Assembly: GCA_964247055.1 (NCBI GenBank)
Contig: OZ176056.1
Location: 3,534,001-3,598,000, forward strand
DNA length: 64,000 nt
Reading direction: 5' to 3'
Source: Paragordius varius
Taxonomy: Eukaryota > Animalia > Nematomorpha
Shown here: positions 38,401 to 51,500 of the stretch, piece after piece
Layout: each line of letters starts with the position of its first letter
Numbering within the stretch: the stretch's first letter is position 1
Position numbers and translations under genes: made by a program
Notes under the pieces: model-generated
Seen by the model: only the letters and a program-made list of their open reading frames with translations
Told to the model about the DNA's origin: nothing
The model's database searches: none

Positions 38401-38590
38401 ATACCAATAGTACTCACCAAAAAAATTTATTTTAAAGGGCCAAAAAAATATTTTTATTGTCTCAAGGACGATAATACCAAAAAAATATCATAGCGCCTTG
38501 ACACATTTGCAGACATTTATACTTCGAACAATTAAATTAAAAAATATTATAAATAATTTAGGGCCAGAAAAGGGCTTTTAAGGCCCCGGT
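35490..38590 (-). mobile_element. Repeat family A, reverse copy; right arm of the large inverted repeat
   Basis: Reverse complement of 27600-30290 with the same internal units. The outer end is locally duplicated and includes GAGGG-TTAA at 38378-38386. Confidence 0.8.
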
Positions 38591-39169
38591 TTAATCCCTG
38601 ATGTGTACGATCAAAGTTTTATCAAGTGAATTTTAAACAGTTATCTAAATTTTGACAATAAGTGGCATATGGTGTAAATTAAATATTTGGGTTATATAAT
38701 TTATATTATCTTCTGAAATTACATTTCAAATTTATAACCCCTATAATAAGATATTCCGTGACAAATTGCAGGCAATTTCTGCCATATTGTTGCAGAAGTC
38801 TTACAATGATAACATATATTTTTTATAATTAGTAAATATTTATAAATAAAAACTTTGGCATGACAATTGGGGGTTTTCATAGAGAGGTATATTTATTATC
38901 CTTACAGAGAACCCAAAACAGGTTTATAATATCTCATAAATGAATACAGTACCCATTATTGATGGTGAGAATTAGCAATACAGTAGAGTATGATATAAAC
39001 AAATTTTGTCCATAATTAATTAAACAAAATTAATTTTGGAATATAGAAACAAAATTGTTTTGTATTGCCATTGGCTAAAAAATAAAGTGACCAACAATAA
39101 AGTTTGTACTGTATATAATAAAACTAGTCATTTAACAACTAACCGGGTATATAAATCCTTACTTGTTAA

Positions 39170-39960
39170 AAGAAGATAATACGTCAATGAAAAATACACG
39201 TCCAATTAATTTGACACAGACGTCATTTTGTTTATCTGACATTAAATGACAAATACACGCAAGTTGAATGCGTCAAAAATAGCGTCTTATTTGTATCATT
39301 TCGCAGTCATGTCGAATTTTGAGCTTGAAAAGTACATTTAAAGCACGCATCGCTTTTCCTATTCCATCAGAAAAAAGGCTGCTGGAAGTCATCTTTCCTG
39401 GTAAAAACATATGGTGAAGATGTAAAACATGGTGTCTAAATATAAATTGTGATTTATGAGTAAGAGAGTTAGCGATCTGGATGATTACATAACTGCCGAG
39501 ATGATATAGTGCAAGAGTTAATGTTTGTTGACTTAAGTCAAATTCAACGGCGTTTGAGAAGCATTACGCGTATCACAAAAAATAATCAGTAAACGGGAAC
39601 CAAAAATTTCATAAATCGGTACTACACAATTTATATCTTGGTCAAATCGATAATCGCAAAATGATTTGTGAATTCCTGCTCCAAAGCGTGAAAAAATCAT
39701 TTTTGGATTGTACGGGTGACTTCCAAAGAAAAGGGTATTTTTTGCCATACCAAACCGGCCCATCTGCACTAAGGCAAAATCGCTTCTGCAGACCATGTTC
39801 AGAGGAGTATTGTGGAAAAATACCGGTAAAACCGTTAAAACATAACAATTGTTATTTTAAAACAGGCATAATCAAAACGACCGGAATAGCCCAGTGACAA
39901 AATGATTTTTCTACATGATAATGCTTTGTCTATCACAAAACAGAAAAGGTGGTTTGATAA
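39170..39960 (+). mobile_element. Decayed Mos1-like mariner transposon
   Basis: ATG 39309 MSNFELEK; MICEFLLQSVKKSFLDCTGD matches Mos1 TCEILLSRYKRKSFLHRIVTGD; KRPE..KMIFLHDNA matches the second catalytic Asp motif. Frameshifted and truncated. Confidence 0.85.
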
Positions 39961-40044
39961 TTTTAGAGAGATTTTGTGCAATTAGCATACATCAAAACAT
40001 CATACCATATCTATAATTTAAAGCAAAGTTATGCGTTTGTTTAA

Positions 40045-40593
40045 CTCTTCGATTCAAATTGGGGTATCTAAATACCCCAGACTAATTTTAAATTAATATT
40101 TTTAAAAAAACTACTGATTGAAACGGTCCCAATTTAAATTTATGCTTCTATCCCAATATAAATTATATAATATGCCAAAATATCTTAATAAAATTTTGTT
40201 TTGACAAAAAAGTTCCATGTCAAACTACTTTGACGCCATTTTTATTTTACAAAATTTTTGCAAAATATCGTCTTCATTATATTAAGGGTAAAATGAAAGC
40301 TAATTTTTTATTTAAATTACATCTAACATTGATAGAAATAGAAAAAGCGGTTTACTTTGTATTATTTTTCAATTTTACCATTTCACACATGTCACGTTGA
40401 CGAAATTTTTACCTTTCGGTTTTAGCTTGAAATAAGTAATATCAAGTATTTTTGAATAAATTTTTTTATATATTTCGGTTTATTAACGTTGTATAAGTGC
40501 ATAATTTTGCCATGGTTTCGATTCCATCCATATTTTTAAAGTATTTAATTTTAACAGGCCTGGGGTCCAACTACCCCAATTTGAATCGAAGGA
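40045..40593. mobile_element. MITE with ~22-bp TIRs and a TTAA-like flank (piggyBac-like)
   Basis: TTAA-CTCTTCGATTCAAATTGGGGTA (40041-40066) versus TACCCCAATTTGAATCGAAGGA-CTAA (40572-40597). Confidence 0.65.
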
Positions 40594-41811
40594 CTAAAAT
40601 GAGTGTGTTGTATCCAAGTGTTAAAAAATTGTTTTGAATTCATAATTTTGTTTTTATTAGTTTTTTTTATCTCGCATTGGCTTTTTGCATATATTTTAAG
40701 ATATTTAGCCCATTTTAGAAGCGTCAACAAATAATATCTGAATTAATAATTAAAAATTAGAATTTAATAAAAATATTGTTATGCCTTGTAAATATAGCTA
40801 AAATATATTTTTATGGTTTTTTGGACTCAAGTTGATGGACTTCAAAAAATTACGCTAATTTTGCGATTTTTGATACATAAAAATATAACTCCTATCAAAC
40901 CTAATGGCATCATAAGAAAATTGATACATTTTCTTAAATATGTTCATTAGTTCCTTCCCCCTCATTTTATTTATAAAGCGAGATGAAATAATTAACGTAT
41001 TAGAAGGTAAAAAACCACGTTTGTTAAAAAATAATTTTTACAAGAAACCTATTAATTATCTTTATTATAAATAATTTATTATACATAAAACTGATAAACC
41101 AAGCCTCAAAAACTTTAAAAATTTATTGTTAAATTGAGTATGATAAATGATTTAATCTTGATATGATAGTGTAAATTTGATGGTAAAAATGATATTTAAT
41201 CACTTTATACCGTTTCAAGATTGTTAATTTGCTAATAATTGGTAGATAGCAGTTATGGAATGATTTTGCGTTAAAACTTAAGTTACATTTTATTTAATAT
41301 CCATAATAAATTATTTATTAGTATACCTAATTTTTTCGACTCTGCAACAAAGTATATACCTTTTAGTGCCTACCTATATGTATACTTTCAAAAATTTACG
41401 TCAATGATAGAGTAAGTTTTATTATCAAATAAATTATTTATTTGTTCAGTTTGCATGTAAAAAAACTGTTTTTCCCAAATCTATATCTGCTAAAAAACAG
41501 CAAAATAAATTTAAAATCACTTAAATATTGTTTTTGTACAACTACAACCTAGAAAGAAGCATTTTAAAATGGGATTTTTATTTATTTATTCCCTAAATTT
41601 TTTATCATGTGTTAGATTATTGACCCTTTATTTTTCAAAATATTGAAATTAACAAATGTACCTACCCATGGCATCTCAAGCAAAAAAGTACCGAAAAATA
41701 ATAAATATGCCAGTATAACCAAATTTTAATTTTAAACAAATCCTTCGAATATTAAGAAGTAATCGTTTATAAAAGGTTTAATACACAAACATATAATATA
41801 AAATTTCGAGG

Positions 41812-43908
41812 ATGGATACGGTTACCGTCTGCCCCTTCAAAGATCCCGAGTGCGACAATTTTTTCCCATTTTACTGGTATATGTCGATACCTCCGATCCT
41901 AATCTGTATTGGATTAATTGGGAATGGCCTAAGTTTACCCATTTTGTTTCGTTTGAACGCCAGGATAACGGGAAATTATTTTGCGCTACGGAGTGCTTGT
42001 TTATGTAATCTACTACTTAATGTCTTTTTCATGGTTTGGCCATGCCTTTGCACTTATCTGCATTTCAGAAGCAGTTTTAAACACAAACAACTTATTTCTC
42101 AGTTCCCACATATCTTTGGTCCGGGAACGAATGGTAGTGTGTATGATAATTTTAATTTTAACTATAGCCAAACACCTATCGCAACTTCGGTCAATAATAG
42201 ATGTCATTACCGTACTTCTCTAGATCAAACCGTCCTAAAATTTATAAGTCAGCGCGTAAACATAAGTTTGAATGGAAATATGCTTAAAAAAATTATTAGC
42301 CCATCTCTTTTTTCGTACCCGACATCAGGAATTATGAACCTAAATCTAACGTATCATTGGAACTTTTACACAGCCATTTTTAATGCAATCATATTGAATA
42401 CGTTATCACGGACCGCAATAATTTTTATTATACTTTTCTTGTGTGACCGGTATATAGCATTAGTTTTTCCCCATTATTACTTTAGCTATTCAGGCTCGTC
42501 ATCTGTTCTACCCGGATACACTTTTCGCCGTAGGAGCAAAAATGGGCAGAAAAATGAACAAAATAATTACAATATGAATAATAGTAGAGAAAATGGTCAA
42601 ACAATCTTTCCCGATGTTTGCGACAAACTTTTGAAAGCTTTAATGCAATGTGTTTCATCAAAAATAAAATCAATCGAATCCAATACATCATGCATGAAAA
42701 ATGCAATTAGTCCCCATAATCATGATAAATCCATAGAACCAATTGGTAAAAATGTTACTAAAACGACAAATGGAGATGACTCAGCACTAACTGAATCTGC
42801 TGTCGGTATAACTAAAAATACGAAAGAGGCGACAATTTCGATTACAGTGGTTGAAACTAAAAATTTGAAGGCGGGTAAGGCTGTGTTTGTGTCATGTTTG
42901 CGCAATTCTCAAATCATAAAATGTTCCCCGTTTGTCCTGGCACTCATAAGTTGTTGCATGAACATTTACACATATCAATGGTCTGAGATTCGGCCATGTG
43001 TCGATATTTTAGGCAGTTTAAGTTTTTCCAGGGACCTAGAAAGAGTGTTTATTGGTTATACCGTGCATAAAAAAACATGGGATGGATCAGTGTGGTGGAC
43101 CCCGTTATTCATTATGGATATTTTAGAGGAGCTCGTTTTGGCCATTTTGCCGACAATATTTATTGGCTACTTAATTACAAAAATGATGCATCGCATTAAA
43201 TCGTTCAATAGATTACGACGCTCCCGGTCACATCCAAATCAAAATGTATCTCAAGTGGGTAAAAATCGCTCTTGCAAGCCACCATACTATGATGACAACA
43301 ATGTCAAAGATTATAAGAATGATATTATGAAACATAAAGGAATTAATAGGATATCGGTAATACAGAAAAAAGAGCAAACATGTCAACCTTCAATCAAAGC
43401 TTGTTCCTACCCTAGAGCCATACGATTCCCTAATCAAGTGAATAATAATTTGACATCTACAAAGTATTTGGAACCGACTTATGGCAGAAATGCGCTATAC
43501 ATCAAAGATACGTCCAATGCTACCGAAAACATAAAACATGTTTTAAACAAAACTCGCTTTGTATTTAATAAAAAAGCCACATGCCTACTACCCAAAATGA
43601 GATTGGAAACAAAATTTACTTTAGTGATGGGCGTTTATTTTGCATGTATTATACCTAATTCTGTCATGACTATACTCAAAACAACATATGCAAAAGATTG
43701 TCAACTGTCAAACTGCATTTTATATGATTATTTTGAACCTATCCTAAACACGATTGAAATGTTATCGTACACCTTCTTTTTTTATGCTTATTGGTTTTTG
43801 GATCGAAACTTTCGACGTGATTTTAAAATTTTCTATAGGGGTAAGTTGATGAACACAGTGACACGATATTTTGCTGCAATCCGTTCCAAATTTGCTAAAA
43901 TTTATTAA
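41812..43908 (+). CDS. Class A (rhodopsin-like) peptide-type GPCR, FMRFamide/sex-peptide-receptor/Srw-like, single exon, 698 aa
   Basis: Seven hydrophobic segments. TM1 GLIGN, TM3 CDRYIALVFP, TM5 Pro (LAILP), TM6 FACIIP, TM7 FFFYAY followed by helix-8 FRRDF. The ligand cannot be assigned from sequence. Confidence 0.85.
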   Translation: MDTVTVCPFKDPECDNFFPFYWYMSIPPILICIGLIGNGLSLPILFRLNARITGNYFALRSACLCNLLLNVFFMVWPCLCTYLHFRSSFKHKQLISQFPHIFGPGTNGSVYDNFNFNYSQTPIATSVNNRCHYRTSLDQTVLKFISQRVNISLNGNMLKKIISPSLFSYPTSGIMNLNLTYHWNFYTAIFNAIILNTLSRTAIIFIILFLCDRYIALVFPHYYFSYSGSSSVLPGYTFRRRSKNGQKNEQNNYNMNNSRENGQTIFPDVCDKLLKALMQCVSSKIKSIESNTSCMKNAISPHNHDKSIEPIGKNVTKTTNGDDSALTESAVGITKNTKEATISITVVETKNLKAGKAVFVSCLRNSQIIKCSPFVLALISCCMNIYTYQWSEIRPCVDILGSLSFSRDLERVFIGYTVHKKTWDGSVWWTPLFIMDILEELVLAILPTIFIGYLITKMMHRIKSFNRLRRSRSHPNQNVSQVGKNRSCKPPYYDDNNVKDYKNDIMKHKGINRISVIQKKEQTCQPSIKACSYPRAIRFPNQVNNNLTSTKYLEPTYGRNALYIKDTSNATENIKHVLNKTRFVFNKKATCLLPKMRLETKFTLVMGVYFACIIPNSVMTILKTTYAKDCQLSNCILYDYFEPILNTIEMLSYTFFFYAYWFLDRNFRRDFKIFYRGKLMNTVTRYFAAIRSKFAKIY

Positions 43909-45719
43909 TATTTTCTATAATAATTAGTGCATTTTTATTACAAATTTATATATTTATTATTACAGAGATATTTAAATATAAAATTTATAGTTATTTGTTA
44001 ATTAACTTATCTGCTATGCCCAAAAATTTCTATTCAGTCCGTAAATTACAAAATATAAATAAATGTTGGATGTTATAAAATATATACGAAGTCTCATTTT
44101 CTCTCAGCCGGTTCCACATATTTTTGAAAAAGCGTTTGTGATATATTAATTCGTATTTAGGTTTAGAGTCTATGCTGGTGTATTGAATAATGTGACCAGA
44201 TAGGCTGTTTTTCGCAGTACAGTACTGGATTTTCAGAAGAAAACTGCGACTGTACTGCGCCCACTTTTGTACTGCTTTTTGAAACTAAAATAAATTTAAA
44301 TTTTTATAAAAATATATTAATTACCTTTTATTTATTCAAATTTTTTTTTAGAATTTGATATAGTACCCTCTGTAAAAATAACCCCATAATTGGCAAAGAA
44401 ATGGTATATTGGGGTAAAACAAAGATTGGCCTGTTTTTAATTGGTTAATATTTTATTTTCTGCTCGAATTATACATAAAATTGGATTTTGGATCGGTCAA
44501 CCTCTTATGATCGCAGCCCTTCGCGCAATGGCGAAACAATAAATCAGCTAATGGCTCTTTCATTCAGGGCTTCCGCAAAAAGCGATGCCTCAAAATTTAA
44601 AATTAACAAAATTAATTTATGATATTTTAATAAATGTTTGATTAAGTTTAAAAAGTTTATTTTTTATCCAACGGATAATTATGGAGAAAATTGTTATTCC
44701 CGTAACATTTTAAAATTTATATATGACATATAATTTTAAAAAACCAAGAACGTTATACTCATTAAGTGGGAGGTATGATATTTCTTAATTTTTTTCCTAA
44801 ACTTTAATTTTTATTAGTTTCTTTATTTTTTGTATAAACAAATTTGAGATATTTTGTTGCAACGTACTTCAAACTATTTTGAAGCATGATGTAAACGGTA
44901 CAACGCTTTAAGATATAATAAAACCCTTTTTCTAAATATTTCGATTAATTGAACATTACTATAGGTTGAGTTTTAATTTAAAGGTTTGTTTGCCTGAAAA
45001 CTTTGGTGAATTTTTGTAAAAACACAATTTTTAGTTAACATAAATATTAAAACAAGGTAAAAATATTGAGTGAGATAAATGTTTAGTATTATTGTATTAT
45101 ATTTATAAATGGCATAACATCTCAACCGTTTACATCGTTTCCATTATGCTCAAAATAGTATGAAGTACGCTTCATTAAAATTTTGATAAAAATTAAATTT
45201 TGAAAGTATGCATTTTTTTAAAAATGTATTTAGTCGATGTCAAAATATAGCATATATTTAAAATTATTGAACAATGTAGGAATTTTGCGTTTATTTTAAG
45301 AGAACACTCCGTAAAAGAGCCAAAAAATAAGGAAGCCCCCATCTAAAAATTTAAAATTTTTAATATTGTTTTGCTTTTCAAATGTAGTTTATATTATATT
45401 TTAATGATATTTGTTTTAATAAAGCATTTAGTTTTCACCAAAATATATATTTAAAAAAAATTGCGCGCCTTTTGCAATTTTATGCGAAGCACTTACCACT
45501 AAAGTGTAAATAACTTTCTTTATAACTCGTAAGGTTAAAACCAAAAGCACCATCTTAATTCTGATATTTTTCTATCAGAATATATATATTTCGTCAGGAT
45601 AATTTTTTGTGGATACTGTGTAATATACCACACAGAGGGTGTAAAAACAGCCATATGTTTTAGTTTTTTACTGCGTCAAAGTTCAAAATATCTGGTCACA
45701 TTACAATAGAGATAAAAAT

Positions 45720-46897
45720 AATATATCCCTATGTGCAAAAAAATTTAACAATTTTTTTCCTTATATAGCTTATGACCAGCAAATTCATTTCCCGCAAAAA
45801 TTTTTATTTGTTAATGACCTAGTTTTTGATATGAGAAAATCAAATTGGTCAAAAAGTGAAAACTAAGGATAATTACAAAAATAGTAAAAAACTTGAAATA
45901 TTATGGTTTATTAACATTTTAGCAGATATTTACAATTTTTAAATAACATAAAATCATATAGTTAGGGTTTGTATAATAACTAAGTTCAAAAAATAGCGTT
46001 TCTTTTTAAACGACAAATTTTTTTTTAAGAAATATTAAAATAATTTTTTTTAATTAAGCTAAACTCACTATTAAAATCTTAACATTCATATTTTATTCAG
46101 TAAAAACTTATATATCAAAATAAAACTTAAAATATTGCTTTTTGTTTTTATTTTTTTGTCATCTGGTTTATGAGTGTATAAAAAATTTACTGTTTAATTT
46201 TGGAACCTACATGAGCGGGAATTATACAGTATATAAATTATTCAAAATAGTGGAATAAACCAAAAATCCATACATATCCCAGTAAAAATATTAATTTGTT
46301 TTAAAACAAACCTGTTACAGGGATTTGTATGGCTTGTTGGTTGATAGTCCATTACTTTTAGATTCTATTTTGCATAAATTATATTTCATAATTACCACTT
46401 ATGTAAGATTCCAAAATAAAACAGAATAAATATTTTTTACACTCACAAAATGAAAAAAAATCAAAAAATTAAAAACAATATTTTTTTAGTTTTATTATGA
46501 TATATAAGTTTTTTACTGATTAAAATATGAAAGAAGATTTTAATAGTAAATTCAAATAAATTAATATAGTTTTTATAAAAAAAATTGTCATTTAAATATG
46601 TTAAAAGAAAAACGCGTTTTGATCTGAGGTTTATTAGACGCCTTAACTAAATGATTTTAGGCTATTTATATATTGAAAATATATGCTAATATAATAATAA
46701 ACCATAGTATCTCAAGTTTGATTATTATTTTTGAATTATCCTTAATTTTCACTTTTTGACCAATTTTGAATTCCTCATATTAAAATTAGGTCGTCAACAA
46801 ATAAAATTTTTGCGGCAGATGAATTAGCTGGCCATAAGCTATCTCATAAGAGAATTTTTTTAAAAAAAATTAACCCTCTTTTTTGCACACAGTGTAT
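45720..46897. mobile_element. Foldback/Tc1-like MITE with ~230-bp inverted arms
   Basis: 45725-45950 (tgtgcaaaaaaa..agcttatgaccagc.aattcat..ccgcaaaaattt..) is the reverse complement of ~46670-46895, which ends ..ttttgcacacagtgTA. Confidence 0.8.
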
Positions 46898-47229
46898 ATA
46901 AATATATATTAACTTCCTTTGGTTTTGAAACAAATTATTTGATCTAATGTGCACATTAGACACTTAATTTAAATATGAGATGATATAAAATTTTTAAATT
47001 ATTATTCTATTACATATGCAAAATTTAATACTATCTTTCTCAGTAAGGTATCAAACGCTCTTTGGATTAAATGTTAAAGTTTAACTATTAAAAATAGATA
47101 ATTTGTGATGAAAATTTGAATTTGTCAAATCTCACAATTCAAACAAAAACACTGCAATCGGGCAAAGGTGAATATTTTGACATTAGAAAACAAAAAATTT
47201 ATTTTAGTCTATATACCGAAAGCTTAAAC

Positions 47230-47830
47230 AGTTTTAGATATACTTGCACTTCAATAGTATCTGAACACTTTGAGTTGGTCCTAAAACCCTTTAGGTTGGT
47301 CATTCAACACTTAAAGCTGGTCCTTCAAAATTTTTATTTCGTTTTTAAATTCATCAATCAAATCATAAAGCATTCATTTATTTTAAAATTTTGACCTTTT
47401 AAAATAATATCAAATTTTAATCATTCAAAAACCGTAATCCTTTATTAATTATATAAAAAATATTTTAATATTAATAAAATTATAACATATAATTAAAAAA
47501 TATAAGTTTTTGGGCTATTAATTATAATTCTACGCTAAATACATTTATTAGTATTGTTGAGTTAAAAAAAATTTTTTGAAACAAAAAAGTGGTTTTTGAA
47601 TGAGGAATATTTTTAAATGTATATGTAAAATAAATAAATAAAATAATAAAATAAATGCATGAATTGTAGTTAAATTCAAATTTAAAAAGTCTAAGGGCCA
47701 ACTTGAAATGTTTAAACACCAACTTGAAGTGTTAAAGGACAAACAAGTGAAGATCCATTAAGTGTTTAAGGACGAACTAGATATGTTCAAGGAAATTTTA
47801 GAAGTGCAAATGGCAAATGTTACCACATAA
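47230..47830. mobile_element. Degenerate foldback element with ~21-bp periodic arms
   Basis: aacactttgagttggtcct/aacacttaaagctggtcct (47260-47330) inverted against ggccaacttgaaatgttt/caccaacttgaagtgtt (47695-47800). A related arm is at ~2760-2830. Confidence 0.55.
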
Positions 47831-48554
47831 ACCCAATTTAACATTCTCTAATTAAAATGATAAATTTATTAAAATAGTTTTAGTAAAGTATGCATCATTT
47901 CAAAATATCCATTAAGATAAAATTTTAAATATTGCGTGAAATCTCCTTAAATGGGTTTGGGTTTATTTTGCTTAGAAGTAACCCACTATTCTTTTTGTTA
48001 AAGTCTGGTGATATCCAAAACATTAAAAGCATAAAGGTACATATTTATCAAAAATGCGGGTCTTATTCAAAGCTGCAAAAAAATTATACTTAAATATTTT
48101 ATATTTTTTAACAATTTAAATAATATAGTTTTTTAACCTATTACCGATACTCAAAATGCTAATTGATTATTGGGAATCCCAAAAACTTAAATTTCAAATT
48201 TACTAATGAATAGTTTACATAATATAACATTTCCTTTTTATGCCATAAATTGAACCCGTAATAGAAAATAAAAATCCCCTTATTTTAAAGCTATCCTTGT
48301 TTGTACCGTATGGATGTTTTGTTTAGTTAGTTTACAAGATAATAAGCTTATAATCAAAGTTTTTGAATAACACCACCTAGCTGGTTTTTGAATTGAACTT
48401 TATTGTATGTTTGTTTTCAACATCAAAATTTATACTGTTACCTTTAACCTTGTATATCTTGTAAAAATGAACAAAGTACAGATTTTTACATATATATAAA
48501 ATATATATGATTAGGAGAATATTTTTATTTTCTTAAAGATTACATTTAAAAACC

Positions 48555-51500
48555 ATGCCCAAAATAATATATTTGATGGCACTTAGCATATGCCTATTTC
48601 AATCTGTGACATGTACGCCACGTTTTCGAGACATGGATAAAGATAAACATCAAGATCGTAATTATTATACATATTGTCAAATGTTTGATCCAAAAATTTT
48701 TGCATATTATATTTGAAATTTGCAATTCATATAGCGAAATATTCCAAATACGCACATCCGAACGGTAAGTCAATATATATTGACAAACTATAAATAAATA
48801 TTAGAATTTGAAAACTCTCAAGGTAATTTTACATTAAACTTCTTTTAAAACAATTTAACCTCTTTTTGTGGGGTAAATGTACCCAAAATTATTAAATTGT
48901 CGACTTCGGTTACTTTGTCAATACACTGACGCTAAAAAATGTGTATTTATTTTTTTAATCTTAAATAATTTAAATTAATTGCATGGATAAAAATAAAATC
49001 GAACGATTTTTATCCTATGTAACTGTTTGATAAAAGTGTCCTTATGTGTATAATTCTATACTTGTATATTATTAATATTAATGAAATGTATAATTAAAAA
49101 GTGTTAGATTCATGATATTTTAATTAGGCTTTACAAGTGATTAATAATATTTCCACCTTTGTGGTAATGATCCCATATCTAAAATTCGCAAAATTTGCCC
49201 TTATGTTAATAAATATTTTGGCAAAAGCTAAATGCTTTATAGATTATAAATATATATCATAAACTATATTAAAACTATATTTATTTAAATTCCAATTTTA
49301 TGCATTGTATTTATTAGGCAACAAATGAGTTTATATATAATAAAAAAGTCATAATGGCATTCATAACAAAAAAAAGGTTAAATCACCAAAAATATCCGTA
49401 TGAAAACGTCCAAGCTTATTATAATTTTAATATATTGGATATACTTTGTAGATGTAAAACAAAAATCTACAATTCCTCAACCGAAAAGAATCGAAAGTGA
49501 GTTATTATATTTCAAATATATAATATTAAAAAAAACACTTGATAATTTTTAATATCTATAGTGATTTGACTTATGAAAAATTATAAAATTTATTAAAGTC
49601 TTGAGGTTGAAATGACATTATACTCGAAACTTTTGGACAATGATTATTTTATTTTAAATAATATTATATGGCCCAATTTTATGTAAAATCATAATTCCTT
49701 AATATTTTTCGTAAAATGACTCAAAATCAGAAAATATTGAATTTTAGATTTTATATTATTTGCTCTAAGATTATTACGTAGAAAAGGACATAATAATTTT
49801 TGCTTGTTTTTGGCTACAACTGTTAAATATGAATTGGATGCCCTTAAATTTTCATGGCTTAAAAATAGTGTTCAAGTATTCATAATAAAAATCATTTACA
49901 CACAGGAAATTAGGAGTAATCGCATTTATTCGAAGAAAAAACAAAGCTGTTATATTTAAAAATGATCAATTATTTTTTGAATTAGTTTTTTCACCTTGAA
50001 ATATAAAAAACTATGATATTGGGCCAAATTTAAAATTTGCATTATATGTCCTTTTAGGCGCATTACAAAAAACATCATTTTTAAAATTATAAACAGAAAA
50101 ATAATTTTCACCTCAAAGTTCCGCCTTTTTTTAATAAATTAATGTATGTATTAAAATCCAGTTAAATTTGATTCAAAAGTCATTTTTCATTTTTGCCAAC
50201 AATTTTTTTGGAAAACAAGGACTTTAATTACTGTTAAGCTACTAAAACACCTTTGCATATAATTGAATTTAGATTTGTTCATAGTTAATATGGTATACAA
50301 AAAAAATCTTTTATTATTTTATTGATTACACTTTAAGTTTTACTTAATAATATATACAAATTTATTTATATAGATGATACTCCGGGTAATTAAATTAAAA
50401 TATTTTTACTTTTATATGGTTGTCTTGTTTGCAAATTAAGAAATCCTGTACTTAAACTCTAAAATTTAAACTCAAAAATTCAGACTGTAATTCTATTTAA
50501 ACCAATATTTTTAGTGAGCAACACGGCCTTGGCTGCTGGTATGATTAAAAAAATATTTGTTAAAATTTGAAATTATCCCAATATATTTAAATAGTTGCGG
50601 TTGGAGTTGGCGTAGGTTAAATACTATTCTAACAAAATTATAAAAATAAATTTGTTTAAATATTTCTATCAATATATATATATTATAGGAGTCTTTGGAG
50701 CCGTGGGCATTGCAGGTATTTGTATTTAAGGGCATCAACATTAAAACGCAGTTTTAACAACAGAATAAGAATTTTGGTAAAAAGTTATTTTTACTATTAA
50801 TAATATTAAAAGACCATTTCTAAGCACACGAAATCGTGGATTTTTTCGATATATGCGATATACAAAAACTAATATTATACTTTTTTCAGTAATTTTCGGT
50901 TAATATACACCCCATTGGATAATAGCCTAATAACAGTTATATTAATTAAAGCTTCAAAACATAAAAACCCGTTTATAAGGAGTATCATTTAAGTGTATTA
51001 AAAAATACCATTTTTAAAATTAAAAAAGCTTACCATAAACTATTTATATAATTTAAGCAGACCACAATTAATTTTAATTTTTATGTATTTAAAATATAAA
51101 ATATTTGGGAAAAAATTAAAGGGAAACATTTTTTTTATAGTTAAATGCAAACATATATACCATTTACAGTTCAAATTCACCCTTAAACAATACAAAGACA
51201 CCCTTGAACAATTCGAATTCACCCTTGAACAATTCAAATTCACTCTTGAACAATTCAAATTCACCTTAAAATAAATTATGTGTTTTTTAAGATTAAAAAT
51301 TAGCTATATTTTTTTATTTTTAAAAAAAAGAAATTTTGTTTAAAATTAAAATAATACTGAAAAATTAATAAACTATGCCATAAAAATATATTTAATTTTA
51401 ATGATGAGGAATTGTTCAAGAGTGAATTTAAATTGTTCAAGGGTGATGAATTTGAATTGATCAAGGGTGAATTTGAATTGTAAATGATATATAATGTGTA

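Noticed and set aside
49121-49150. Candidate 9-nt micro-exon GCTTTACAA
   Set aside because: Lies in a recognisable FB-A transposon arm (ggccttaacgagtga-like), so the AG/GT context is probably coincidental.
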